From Squalus acanthias (taxonomy: Eukaryota), in the NCBI GenBank assembly GCA_030390025.1, contig CM059432.1, forward strand, positions 96,040,001 through 96,104,000: DNA of 64,000 bases, written 5' to 3'. A program made the translations under genes and the position numbers. The notes under the pieces are model-generated. The model made no database searches. It was not told where the DNA came from and was given only the letters and a program-made list of their open reading frames with translations. Positions 23,729 through 36,135 of this stretch are shown here, one piece after another; positions within the stretch are counted from its first letter, which is position 1, and every line of letters starts with the position of its first letter.

Positions 23729-24109
23729 AATGCTACACAACAGATTTTCCCTAGGAATCATAATTAGTTCAATAACATCTTTGTATAGTCCAAAGAGCAA
23801 ATAGTTCATGAAATTTAAAACAAGGTGGCCATACTCTGTTGACAAAAGACAGGATGCAATGTGTCTCCATGCTATTACTGGATTGCTGAATTGATGTATT
23901 TTACAGGATAACAAGGAGATAGGTTTGTAAAACAGCAGTACCCAGTGATGCATGTTAGGATTGCTTTAAATGGGAAGTTCTACATTTAAAGATAAATTAG
24001 AATAATCAGCATTTAAAAGGCATGCTCTGTTAAAAAAACTCTCTTGGATATTTTCAAAACAGATCCACTTTCATAAAATATCGGTTAATCTGAGGAGCCA
24101 TTTAACGTA

Positions 24110-24207
24110 GAAACAGAGATAAAGACAGAAAGCTGAAAATTCATAGCAGATCCATCAACATCTATAAAGAGAAAAGGACAGTGTATTATTTCAGGTGCAC
24201 ACCCTTT
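24110..24207 (-). mobile_element. Old Penelope-type terminal relic, truncated by the Harbinger insertion
   Basis: Diverged similarity to 21855-21950. Minus strand aagggtg-tg-cacct-gaaa retains only stem II and GAAA. Confidence 0.45.
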
Positions 24208-24654
24208 GGGCTGAATTTTAAGCTGAAAGAGCGCATGGGTTTGGGTGCAGGTGGGAGGTTAAAACCGGGAAAAATGTCAGCACGTCGGGAAGCTGGCTCC
24301 AACTTGCCGACTTCCACATGTACCTCGAACGTGTTAGGCTGTGTGTGCGCAACCCCCTCGGGAGAGGCGGGTTGCCAATTACCATATGTTAATCACTCAG
24401 TTAGAGTGATATTAACACACACTTTTGACTTTAACATCGGATCCACGGGTTTCCCAGGCTTCCCGAAATTCGGCAGTGAAAGCAAGGCGAGTACACAGTG
24501 GCAATTGAGGGGGCTGAATCAATCTCAGGGAAATATGCCAATATATACTCAGTACTCAGCTGCTTTCTTACCTGCTAGTGGGAAAGGGTTTGTTCACAGT
24601 ACTTATGCTGAGCGTTTACTTTCTACACTTTGGAGGTTTGCTCTATCACATCAG

Positions 24655-25844
24655 GATGGGTGCTGCTTATGCTGCCTTAGATTGGACCTCAGATGAGGAC
24701 CAAGATGACCAGCAACAGCCTGCTGTCACAGACCTGTAGCTCCACAGGAGAGAGGGCAGTGGCAGAGAGGTCAGCAGCAAAGCGGGGAGCAGCAGAGAGG
24801 GGGCAGCAGAGAGGTGCAGCTCACAGGAGGCAATACCCACGAAACAGGGTCGACAGGCAGAGGCTGAGTTTCCTTGACATATCTGAACACCAGTATATCA
24901 GGAAGCTCAGGAGGTCACGTCAGGTGGTGGCAGACATCTGCAGCCTCCGAGAAGAAGACCTGCTGCCTGCCTGCTGGACCTGGCAGCCACACATTACCAG
25001 TGGCTGTCAAAGTCACCACCGCCCTCAACTTTTTTGCATCTGGATCCTTCCAGGGCTCTGCCGCAGACATATCCAGGATCTCCCAGTTGGCTGCATACAA
25101 ATGCATAAGGCTGGCGACAAATGCTTGTTTGCCACGGCCGACACTTATGTCAACTTTGCCACCAATGATGCCAGACAGAATGAGCGGGCGCTCGGCTTTG
25201 CAGCTCTGGCTGGCTTCCCACGGGTGCAGGGCATCATCGTCTGCACACATGTGGCAAACTGGGCGCCCCCAAATCAACCAGGAGTATTCATCAACCGCAA
25301 GGGCTTCCACTCCATCATTGTGCAACTGGTGTGCAACTACAAAGAGATGTTTATGCAGGTGTACACAACATTCCCAGGCAGCTGCCATGATGCTTTCTTC
25401 TTGCAGCAGTCCAAGCTCCCTGATCTCTTCGGACTTAGAAGCAGACTTAAGGGGTGACTGCTAGGTGACAAGGGATACCTACTGCAAACTTGCCACATGA
25501 AACCTGTCAGAAACCCCACCATTGAAGCCCAACAGCGCTACAATGAATGCCATATCACCACCAGATGTGTGATTGAACAGACTTCCGGCATGATGAAGAT
25601 GTGCTTCAGGTACCTGGACAGATCTGGATGCGCCCTTCAGTACGCACCAGCCATGGACATTGCGCAACAGCAAGGCTTGGAACTGCGGGAGGAACAAGGC
25701 GAAGAGCTCAGATCATCCTCGGACGATTCAGAAAGGGGGGAGGAAGAAGAGAAAGAGATGGATGATGAGGGGAATGCACCTCCAGCTGCTCACATTGCTG
25801 CCCAGGATGCCAGGGATGCCCTTATTAATGCAAGGTTCACTTAG
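24655..25844 (+). pseudogene. Harbinger (HARBI1-like) DDE transposase, frameshifted
   Basis: Motifs across frames: LPVAVKVTTALNFFASGSFQ, AGFPRVQGIIVCTHV (catalytic D of IDCTH lost), NRKGFHS, PGSCHDAF, LLGDKGYPL, TRCVIEQTSGMMKMCFRYLD. Confidence 0.92.
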
Positions 25845-26703
25845 GCTGCACCAGTGGACCAATGTCACAAGGAAATGCAAATACCACTCTTCTTGCTCCC
25901 CCATCTCCGCACCCACCAATGCCACTGACACAAAGCAGTCCTGCAAGTAAGCAACCACCCCTTGCACATCCACCCATTGGTCCCCGTCAATTCATGTCCT
26001 CACATTCATCATCGAACAACTTAGAAAACCACTTACCACCCAACAAACAAGAATGGACAAGATGGGAAAGTGGTGAAAAAATTAACATTTATGTGATGTA
26101 AGTAAAGAACAGAAACTTATCAAAACATTTTCTCAGAGACCCATGTGCATACCCTAGTGCAACTACAAAGCCGAACTCTTCCTTTTTCTGTTACTCCTAT
26201 GTGGTGCAACCTGCATGGCTTCAGCAGAGGTAGAGGCAGGCTGCTCAGATCCCTGCTCTGACTGCTGCGATGCTTTTGGCCGACGTCCCCTGGGTATTGG
26301 AGCCCGTGAGAGCCCTGCCAAAGACTGCTCCACCTGCACCTGTTCAGGGGCAGACTCGGCCATCGGGAGATGAGGTAGCATGTCGGGCTACTGACTGAGG
26401 GGGGCGGAGCAATGGGTGAAAGCGCTTTGAGTGGAGTCCCCAGTTCAAGGTCCCCTTTTGCCATCATCCCTCTCATGGTCCAGCTGCACTTCACTGCGAC
26501 CACTGTGCTGAAGAGCACTTTGGTGCACATCAGGGCGGCTCAGTAAGGCCAAGGCTAAGGTATTTGTTAACCTATTTAAGGTGGCAGACATGTTGGCATC
26601 CAGAGTCTGCACAGTGGTGTTGAAGGCGAGTGTGGACTCATGTGATGGAGTGTTTGACGGTCCATGGCACTGGCCACACTATCCATGGAAGGCAGCAGCA
26701 TCA

Positions 26704-27074
26704 TCTGTTCAAAATCATGAGGGATTTAGACAGAGTAGATAGAGAGAAACTGTTCCCATTGGCGGAAGGGTCGAGAACCAGAGGATACAGATTTAAGGTG
26801 ATTGGCAGAAGAACCAAAGGCGACATGAGGAAAAACTTTTTTACGCAGCGAGGGGTTAGGATCTGGAATGCACTGCCTGAAAGGGTGGTGGAGGCAGACT
26901 CAATCTTATCTTTCAAAAGGGAATTGGATAAGTATCTGAAGGAAAAAAATTTGCAGGGGTACGGGGAAAGGGCGGGGCAGTGGGACTAGCTGAAGTGCTC
27001 TTGCAGAGAGCCGGTACGGGCTCGACGGGCCGAATGGCCTTCTTCTGTGCTGTAACCATTCTATGATTCTATGA
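26704..27074 (+). mobile_element. CR1 3' fragment nested in the Harbinger
   Basis: FKIMRDLDRVDREKLFPLAEGSRTRG...WNALP with tail attctatgattctatgat. Confidence 0.92.
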
Positions 27075-27784
27075 TCTCAGGGGCCTGGGATATCAGCCCC
27101 TCATGCTTGAGGCGGACTCCTCCAATATCACTGTAATTGTGTTGAGTGTGTTTTGAAGGCCTGTCAGTGCATCACATATTGTCTGCTGCTGCTCAATGCT
27201 TCTCCTCTTCATCGACGGTCCCCGAGGTACAGCATCCTTGTCCAGCTGAGCAGAGCTTGGAGAGGGCTGTGCCCTTCGACGCAGACTCTCCACAGTTGTC
27301 CCTGTCTCCACCATCTGCTCTTGCTCACTTGTGAAATGTGAGTCACCAGGTGAAAACCCAACTATCTGCCTTACTGGGCCCACTGAAGTCTGAGTATCTG
27401 AGCTGCTGCATGGTCTGCATGAGTCCCATGACGGTGCACCCTCAGAAAGACTCAGCACCTCTGAAGACCTATCGCCTGCCACGCCCACCAACATCTGCTG
27501 CACGCATGAAGGCCCTGTGGGAGATAAAATACATGAATTAGTCATGGCAAGGTAAGAATGTTGCAAGTTATCATGATGAAAGTGATCATATTTCACTCGC
27601 TGTTGAAACCAAGTCAGCATAACTGAGTGCCGTATGACATGTGGGTGGCATTTATTTAATTGTGTCACCAGGTAGCTGGGAGCTCCCCGTCTCCCCGTCT
27701 CCGACAGCCAGGGGTGCCATAACTGCATTGATCTCCAGTGCCTCCTCCTCTGCAGTTGTCAGCTGTGTGATCCTCTTCAGTTCT

Positions 27785-28242
27785 AAGAACATGAGAACAT
27801 AAGAAATAGGAGCACGTGTAGGCCATACGGCCTCTCGAGCCTGCTCCGTCATTCAATAATATCATGGCTGATCTTCGACCTCAGCTCCACTTTCCCGCCC
27901 GATCCCCACATCCTTTGATTCCCCTAGAGTTCAAAAATCTACCTATCTCAGCTTTGAATATACTCAATAACTCAGCATCCACTTTGAGGTAAAGAATGCC
28001 AAAGATTCACAATCCTCTGAGTGAAGAAATTCCTCCTCATCTCAGTCTTAAAACGCCGACCCCTTATCCTGACTCTGTGCCCCCTAGTTCTAGGCTCTTC
28101 AGCCAGGGGAAACAACCTCTCAGCATCTACCCTGTCAATCCCCCTCAGAATCTTATGTTTCAATGAGATCACCTCTCATTCTTCTAAACTCCAGAGAGTA
28201 TAGGCCTAATCTACTCAATCTCTCCTCATAGGACAATCCTCT
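27785..28242 (-). mobile_element. CR1 3' fragment
   Basis: ORF 27972-28172 with tail taagaacatgagaacataagaa. Confidence 0.9.
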
Positions 28243-29370
28243 AGGAGAAGGAGTCGGAGTACTGAAGCAGGTGTGCTCATGGCAGATCCACCTCAGTCGG
28301 GTGGTCAGGGTGATTGAATGCTTCAACAAATGCTACATACCACCATCTGTACCACAAGCTTCACACACTGCCCAAAGCACCAGACCCCCAGCACTCACCC
28401 ACCAACAATCTCTACCTACCAACACTCACACCCACATTTTACGCCTTGCACACAATGACAGCTATTCAACTATGGCAGGCACAAATGTCATTAGTTATTA
28501 GAATGAATGTGATATGTTTATGCATAAATTTATTAATGGAGTTTGCAATATTTTGTGGTCGCTCTCATTTCACCTTTGCACTCAGGAGGACACTGTGATA
28601 TGGCATGACACAGGGATGGTATGATGGGCATGTGGTGAGCAAAAGTGATCTGGGGTTTAAGTCATCCTGGTGTGAGGCTGGAGGTCTGTCTGGAGGAGGT
28701 GGCAGAGTTCTGTGACCACCACCTTGGTGATGCAGAGCCCTCTAATACACTGCTCCTCGCTTAATTGAAGGTAGGAGAGGTGCAGTCGGAATACCCTCGG
28801 GGGGTAAGGCCTCCTGGTGAGAGCCCTGGTGTCACTCCTCATCCCTCTGCGTTCATGTTCCCGTATTTCTGGCTGCCTACGCTCCCTCCACCCTAGCTCC
28901 TAGAGGGCGAGGTGGCGCCAGTACAGCCCCCATTAATGTTGCCAAGTGTAGCAGTTTGAATCTTTGAACAATAAATGTAGGCACTTTGCACTTGCCAGAA
29001 CACTGCTGATAAAAAAGCTTGAAATTACTCATACAAAGTGATCCCTGCTCTGACAGCTGTGAGTGATTAATGCAAATACCTTTAAATAACGTCCCTGGAG
29101 CCAACGTCCTGCAGCTGTGCGCCTCCTCTCCCTGTCGCTGTCTGGTTGAGGCGCTAAGGTAGGTGGCACAAATCAATTTTGCAGATTGGGCGCCCACTGA
29201 CGTCACGATCTGCCTGGCGTTGAAGTCCCCGGCGGTAGCTCGTACCAGCGGCGCAACAGGTGGGGACTGGATTTGCCGTGCGTCACTGGATTCGCCCCGC
29301 CCCGGCGTTACTGCATCAGCGCCCTCCTGCTGTCGCTAATGGGAGGCGCTAACCAAATGAATTTTCCCCC
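28243..29370 (-). mobile_element. Second, oppositely oriented, internally deleted Harbinger nested in the first
   Basis: ORF 28657-28842 RRPYPPRVFR..LSYLQLSEEQCIR..L..TK.VV.ELC.LL...L.P is a Harbinger transposase N-terminus. GC-rich end with atgaattttcccc near 29370. Myb-gene remnant on + at 28243-28490. Confidence 0.75.
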
Positions 29371-29376
29371 ATCGGG

Positions 29377-29660
29377 TCCTCCTCACAGCTTACTTTCCTA
29401 CCTAGCTTTGTATCGTCAGCAAACTTGGATACATTACACTCGGTTCCTTCATAGAAGTCATTAATATAGATTGTAAATAGCTGAGGCCCAAGCACTGATC
29501 CTTGAGGCACACCACTAGTTACAGCCTGGCAACCTGAAAATGACCCATTTATTCCTACACTCTGTTTTCTGTCTGTTAACCAATCCTCTATCCATGCTAA
29601 TATATTACCCCCAACCCCATGAACCCTTATCTTGCGTAGCAACCTTTTATGTGGCACCTT
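29377..29660 (-). mobile_element. CR1 RT internal fragment
   Basis: GVPQGSVLGPQLFTIYIND...KFADD. Confidence 0.9.
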
Positions 29661-29999
29661 CTCTCCCTCTCCCTGGTGTTTTGTGCTCTCTTCTTTTGCA
29701 AGGAGGGAAAGAAGAGACATATGAGTGAGTGTAATGGTATGTGATCATCCGATGGATGGAGTGTATTTGGTGATGGTGACTATGAGGGAGAGGTATGACA
29801 TTGAATAAGGATGAGGGTGAGTGGGCATGGTGGCTGGATAGATGGGGACGTGAGGAAGTGAATACAAAGAGAAGGATCGGTGCATCTGCAAGCTAAGTGG
29901 CTGTGAGGAGTGACGTGATGGAGTAGGCTTGAGAAGGCAGAGTGACAGGGTGGGGTGATGCGCACAGCAGGATGTAGGTTAATGTGGCACTGTACTTAC

Positions 30000-30236
30000 C
30001 TTTCCTGCCCTGCTTAGGTCATTAAACCGCTTTCCTCATTGAATCCAGGAGCGCAGCACCACGCTCCTGTTGCTGACCTCCTCCGCATCCTCACACCACG
30101 TCTTCTTTGTCTCAGCAGCAGGCTTCTTCCTCCCATTGCTAGGGAAGAGTATCTCTCTCCAGCTCCTGACAGCCCCCAGCAGCACATCCAGAGAGGCGTA
30201 CGTGAGGTGCACCACCTTTGCCCATCTCGACTCCAT
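30000..30236 (-). pseudogene. Harbinger Myb/SANT-like DNA-binding exon (NAIF1-type domain)
   Basis: MESR...ASLDVLLGAVRSWREILFPSNGRKKP...W...AEEV...RSWIQ*GKRFNDL, then donor gtaagt at 29999. Probable downstream exon pieces at ~29660-29700, 27670-27780 and 26160-27517. Confidence 0.85.
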
Positions 30237-30487
30237 TGCAACACTTCCAGTTCTCCGACAGCCAACTCCAACTCCTTCAACTTGCATGTTTGGATTGTCC
30301 CTTTATACACTGGAGTTCAGATTGCAGGTCCACATAATGCACGCTGCCGCTGATTGGATGGGAATCCCGGAAGGAAAATGATAATGAGGTGGCCGAGTTA
30401 AAAAGCCACTGGCAGACAGGCTTAAAATATTTCCGGGTTTCCCATATGCTATAGTAAATTTGTATCAATCTCATTTTACAAAGAGAA

Positions 30488-30628
30488 GGGGTAATTTTCA
30501 ACTCGTCACCCGGTTGACAAATTAGCATTGTCAATCGGCCATCCATTATAGAAACCACCCAATTTTCATTTGATTTCCCGACCCGCAACGCCAGTTTTAA
30601 GTTCCAGCGGCAAGTTGAAAATTATCCC
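30488..30628. mobile_element. Small palindromic MITE; relative at 43858-44000
   Basis: ggggtaattttcaact ... aagttgaaaattatccc. Shares the ttatagaa.ccacc..attttc motif with 43900-43975. Confidence 0.65.
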
Positions 30629-31250
30629 TAGAATGTCAAAATATGACAATAAACTAAAGACAAACTCAAGAAATAAATCTTCGGAGAATATTTCATTGCA
30701 GAAACTTCGAAGTTTTTCTAAATTACTTAGTAAAAAGAGCATCTAGGGAGGCAGTCTGATAGCTGAGCCTGACAGAAGTTTCCACCAATAGTTCCCTATG
30801 AACCAAGCTTCCTAAATGCCCTACTAAGATTGGAAACAGCAGAAGCTGGGCACTGCTCCACACAAAGAGAGAAAGCAAAACTCTGGCACAACTCTGAATA
30901 GCTGAAATTGGAGAACATTACTTGTCAACTCTCCCAAAGTTAATGTACACAGTATGTATAGGATGTCCTAAAAGGGGGAGCTTACAATTAACCTGACCTT
31001 TTATATTAATTTTATTTTCAATGAAAATGGAGGCAATTATCTATGTAAAACTCTTATCAAATCAGCTATTAGGCAGATAAATTTTTACAGCAACAAGTTT
31101 GTAAGCAAAGTGCCTCTGGGAAAAAGAATGCTTGATGTACGACTGAGTTTCTAACGGACATTTGCAAGTATTCATTTTTTTCTTCTATGCCAATAGACCT
31201 GTGATGCACTGATCATTGCCTTAGTTTTAAAAAAAGAAAGCAAGGCCTAC

Positions 31251-31353
31251 CTGCGGGAAGCCGAGCTCCGCTTGCTCCCTGTGCTGGACATAAGACCTTC
31301 AGGTGCTGAGATGCTGCCTGTGCTGCTGGAAGAACTAAAGTCAGCTTCACTGC
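31251..31353 (-). CDS. SYBU: Syntabulin internal coding exon (103 nt, phase 1-2)
   Basis: tttttgttcttatatacag|GC AGT GAA...TCC CGC AG|gtaggc. Translation GSEADFSSSSSTGSISAPEGLMSSTGSKRSSASR is nearly identical to recalled SYBU GSEADFSSSSSTGSISAPEVHMSTAGSKRSSSSR. Phase fits both neighbours. Confidence 0.95.
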
Positions 31354-31396
31354 CTGTATATAAGAACAAAAAGGCATTAAAAAAAAATTCACAGGT

Positions 31397-31512
31397 CAGG
31401 TGAAAGCGCAAACACTGTCCCCCATTATCACAAATTACATAGTCGAGTTTCCCGCATTTGGGGAAATTACAGGTGTCAGCAGTGCCATGGGTTAGCCTCA
31501 ACCTGGGAGAAC
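31397..31512 (-). pseudogene. 5'-truncated U1 snRNA pseudogene
   Basis: Reverse complement GTTCTCCCAGGTTGAGGCTAACCCATGGCACTGCTGACACCTGTAATTTCCCCAAATGCGGGAAACTCGACTATGTAATTTGTGATAATGGGGGACAGTGTTTGCGCTTTCACCTG aligns with U1 from stem-loop II through the Sm site (AATTTGTG) to the 3' end. The 5' ATACTTACCTG and most of stem-loop I are missing, and there is a small deletion in stem-loop II. Confidence 0.92.
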
Positions 31513-33742
31513 GTCCATGCACACACATATGTAAAGTTAAACATAGTGCTTCAGGGCAATTCCAATTGCATTCTATAGTAAAACAAAACTAAAATGACAT
31601 TTACAAATTTAGTCTGAAATGAAAATAAATCAGCTTATCTTTTAGACAACAATTAAACTGAAACTAATTAAATTATACACACAGCCTCTATAACGTACAG
31701 CTATACTATCAGATTATAGATATAGTCTGTGACTGAACAAAACTGACTATGACTTTCCAAATCATCCAGCAAAAGCTGCTTTGACTTAAACTGCCAATAG
31801 CAGATTGTCATCAAGATGACAGTGAGACACAATCAAATCTTAGTGGAGATCAGGTCTAATTACATAAATAGATCACATTCAAGTACACCCTTTACTGTGA
31901 GTGATTGTATGCACTGGTGCAGCACATCCTCTGCTACAGCACTAACATTGCTGTCAGCCATTCTACATCCTTGCTCACTGAACATCAGTCTTGATGAGGT
32001 TATTCTCCTGCAGCATTCTTAACCAGCTTCTTACTGTCACCTGCAGCAGAAATCAAGAAAACTGCACCAAATACAGCACAAGGAAACCTTCTTCTGTTTA
32101 GATTATAGATTTTGATTGGACCAAGCCCAAAAAACAGAAAGCTGCATTTAAAAATTAAATTAGTAATTCATGTTGCAACATGGATGCTACAGCAAACCCA
32201 GCATCTATAAGAATCAACCTCCTGAATTCGGTTTACAGAACATGTCCAGACATGAAAAGTAGCCTCTAGGGGTTAGGCTTTATGCTGGAATTAAATATGA
32301 AGTGCCAGACTATATTTTTTCTAAGGGGAGGGGGCATTGGGAAGGGAGGTGGATGGGAATCACTTTCTCAGCATCGCTCATCATGCCCAGCCAGCATTAT
32401 AAATTAAAGCCAGTTTTATACTGGCGCTGTTTTAAGTTGGACGTTAGCAAACTGGTATTGTGAACCAATTGCTGGCATTTACACTCTCTTATCCTGGTGG
32501 CAGACTCGTAAACCCACAAAAATACTCTGTCTATAAATTTGTCCCCGGGATAAAGGAGCCAGATTTAATAATGTGAGTGTCAGATGTCGGTTTATGGATA
32601 CTGTCACCTAGAATCCGAACAAAGAAAGGACCAACATAAAAGCAGCTTACATATAGTGAAAAGAGCACTGGCAGCAATGGTGGAAGCCAATAAAAAACGC
32701 ACACTAAAACAATTCTACAACGAAAAGTAATTGCAGATGGCAAGACTAAAGGCAGCTTATTTTAAAGTCCCATTCCAACAACCAAATAAGAAACAGCTGC
32801 GTGGTGAAATTTTCTGCAAAAAAAACAGGAATAAAGTATCTAACCCAGGGCCAAATGAACTTATATGTAATAATACAATACCATCTCCTAACTTCAAACA
32901 AAGCAATTCACACTATCCTAGTGAAAACTTGACTTAGCTTCAAATTTATACTCAGCTGTCATTTGGATTTATATCTGATGAACAACCAATCCAAACAGAT
33001 TAAAAACAATCTGCAATCCGTCCTAGTTCACTGAGCTCAATTTGGGCGGGTTGAACATTACATCCTGGTACCAACAGCACCAATGACAATGATTTGCCTT
33101 GTTAGTACATCACAGAACAGATGTTACAATGTGTACCCTTGTTTTGTCTGTATCAGCATAATTCTACTCAGTAAATGAGGCTCGGAATTAATATATTAAA
33201 CTTCATGCTACATGAGTTGTTGCATTGGTTGGTCAAAATACTTTCCAGGAAAAGTTAGTGGTTGAGTTTTGAAATGACCAGATTCAACAAAGTACCTTTT
33301 GTTTGAATTATGACTCATATCTGAAGATTACACAATGGCATTGACAATGACTATGCAAAAGTGACTGAGCCACAACATCCTAACCTGCCCTGTCTGGAGG
33401 AGCTGGTAATAGACAGCATCTGGTGAATTTTTAAAATGGAGCAATTATGTAAAAACAAATATGCAAAGGATACTCCAGAAGCAGAATATCTTGCTAAATA
33501 CTTTTATTAACTGTATATTAGGTGGCATCACAATAGGACACAGGTGGAGGGAACTCCAATTAAAACAAACATCTCACGATTTGACTCCAGTGGCTGCCCA
33601 ATACCAGTAAAATATCCGTCCAACTCAGCATTTAATTTCCTGCATTTAATGGGTTGAGTTCTGAGTGTCCACACTATTTTACTGAGAATTCCACAGGCAA
33701 AGTGCGGTGAGAAGCATTGCTGCTGTTGCTTCCCAAGACTAT

Positions 33743-35500
33743 GGCCGTAATTTTCCAGGGGGTCAGCAGGCAGGATTGCTGGCAGGTCGGGTGGGAAATT
33801 TGATATTTTTGACAGCGGGTCAGGAACCCGCTATCAACTTACTCCCACGCGCCTTTCCTGATGTCGGGACCGTCAACGCTGAGCAGACCCGACAGGCAGC
33901 GGCAGCCGATCTAATTCAGGTAATTAGTGGCTTGTTTAGAGCCACTTAAGAATGATTTTCAGCTTACCTTTTACATTTGACAGCTTGCCCATGGAGTCTA
34001 CGCTGATCGTGGACCACGTTTGTCAAGCTGAGGCAGGAGTTCAGTGGCCATTGAATCAGCTGTTGAGTTGACAGCTTCAAATGTAAAGTAAAAGCTCCCA
34101 CCTCACAGAGATATCTTCCCTGAGCCACAAGCTCTTCCTCACTGCATTTCCACTACAGATTCACCATGCTGCAAGTCTTTACACAAGTCTCCATCCAGTC
34201 TGACCTCATTACGTCTCTCACCATTGACAGATCGCTTCGGTCATCTCTACTTCACCTGCCATCTATTCCATCAGCATGGGTGCCCTTTATACTCTCTCAC
34301 CTTGGTCCTCAGAATCGGACCACGATGAGCCCCAACACCAGCAGCACTAGGCACACCAGCAGCACCAAAAACAACACCAACCTTCTCTGCAATCAACTGA
34401 TCTGCACAAGGCATCAGCACCCGAGCAAAATGCTGCCTGGGAGGCCAGGGATGGCCTCACCATGGCCAGATTTACTTCACTTGATGCTGTACACCCTGGC
34501 TGCCACATGACATGCCTGGTTGGCACCACCCCACACCAACACCATAAAGCATCGCTACAATGCCCAAGCCATTCCTTTCACATTTATCACCATTGCGGGG
34601 GGTACCGTTATGTCTCACCATTCACTGCAACTCACTAAGCCACTTCCAAAGGTGCACACAAATCTGTCCAAGAATGCAAATGTTGAAAATAAATGTTTCA
34701 ATGTTTGACACCACATTAACAGAAACTTTACATGAACGTTGCATAAAACACCCAAGTGCCTACCCTTGTGTGTTGTTAGTTGGTATGATTGCACTAGGAT
34801 GAGGGTGAGTGTGAGGGGTGGCTAGTGAGATGGGGAAGTGATAATGTAGATAGAGAGGGATGGGCTGGAGGTCCAAGGTAAGTTGGTGTGAGAAGGATGT
34901 GCAGGAGTAGGGTAGGGAAGGCAGAGCGATGGGGCTGTGATGAGAGGCACAGCAGGATGAGGTTGAGTGTGGCTTTGCAGTAACATTTCGTGATTTACTG
35001 AGATCATTGAAACGTTTGCAGCACTGCACCCAGGTCCTCCTGACCACATCCCATCTTTTGTCCTCCTCTGCAATGTGCAACCAGGCTGTGATGATTTCCT
35101 GGGGAGGTCTCTTCCGCCCATGGGATGGGAAGAGGACCTCCCTGGGTGTTATGACTCCCTCCATAAGCATATGGAGGGAGTCATGGGAGAGCCCGGGTGC
35201 AGCCCTGTGCCTTTGTGCAGTCATTGTCAGTGTTTACAGCACCTCAATGCTTAAGAAACTGACAGCACAAATGTCAAAATAAATTTGGACATAGTCCCTT
35301 TAAGGAAACCGGCTGATGACGCGTCATCAAATGACGTCACCTGACCCGCTTCCTCTAATTGGCCGGGAAATGCGCTGGGCAGGCTTATCAAGCCCAATCA
35401 GGGGAAATTCATTTCGTAAAGCGGGATGGAGCCAGTAGCGGGGTCGGGACCCACCACCGACATCGCCCACCATGGACCCGCCGAGGTCAGCAAAATCCCG
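33743..35500. mobile_element. Internally deleted Harbinger retaining the Myb/SANT exon (-, ~34980-35224)
   Basis: Starts ggccgtaattttcc. ORF RAAPGLSHDSLHMLMEGV...EVLFPSHGRKRPP...AWLHIAEE...RRTWVQCCKRFNDL. Ends near caaaatcccg. Confidence 0.85.
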
Positions 35501-36135
35501 ATAGAATTTGAGACTTATAGCATACATTGTGTTTCTGGTTTAAGCATTAGCAACTCAAGGCTCTTCCAATAGTTCAGTGGGCATTTATATTAAGTATATT
35601 GCAGAACCATAAAGATCATAGAATTACAGAGAACTATTTAGTACATTGAATTACAGCCCATGTTGGGGTATATCCTCCATATGATGTGTAGTCTCAATTC
35701 CATGGGCCTAACCTGTTCTCATATCCCTTTTTCTTTCAACCACTTTCCTAACCTATTCTTAAATAATGAGATGGGATTTGATATTATCCCTTACTAGGTT
35801 TTGGGTGGGTTGAGGGACTGGACAAGTGCAAAATGCACTAGATGGCCTAAGTCTCAGGTCCAGAGGCTTTTAATTCTCAGGCCTCATTTAAGTGCGGCCA
35901 GTCTACTTCCTGCCCAGAAAGAGGGCGCAGAGTGGCTGTCGGCAGGGAATGATCGGTCTTTGGCTGTCCGGTGGCTTGCAGTTTAGTAGCAGGGTGGAGG
36001 TTTCGGAAGGGTCTCACATAGGGTCAATCCAGCTGGTTTGCATGGCTTTAGACTTTACTGAGTCCAGGAGAAAAAAGCAACATTCTCTTCTGCAGCCTGT
36101 CAAAGGCAAACAGAATTCCTTACTAGGCAGATACA

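Larger units (their letters stand above)
24208..30445. mobile_element. Decayed autonomous-type PIF/Harbinger transposon with convergent transposase (+) and Myb/SANT gene (-), carrying nested insertions
   Basis: Left terminus gggctgaatttt, a transposase pseudo-ORF on +, and Myb-gene exons on -. The right TIR was not clearly identified, so the end is approximate. Confidence 0.8.

Noticed and set aside
24655..25844. Host HARBI1 gene
   Set aside because: Frameshifts, a stop, loss of a catalytic Asp, and a transposon terminus plus partner gene indicate a dead transposon copy.
31397..31512. Functional U1 snRNA gene
   Set aside because: The 5' end with the splice-site-pairing sequence and the U1-70K loop is missing, there is an internal deletion, and no recognisable PSE.
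35801..35986. ORF containing RLLILRPHL, resembling the recalled SYBU N-terminal PRLILRPH
   Set aside because: Wrong strand and wrong position relative to the exon chain, with no further similarity; probably chance.
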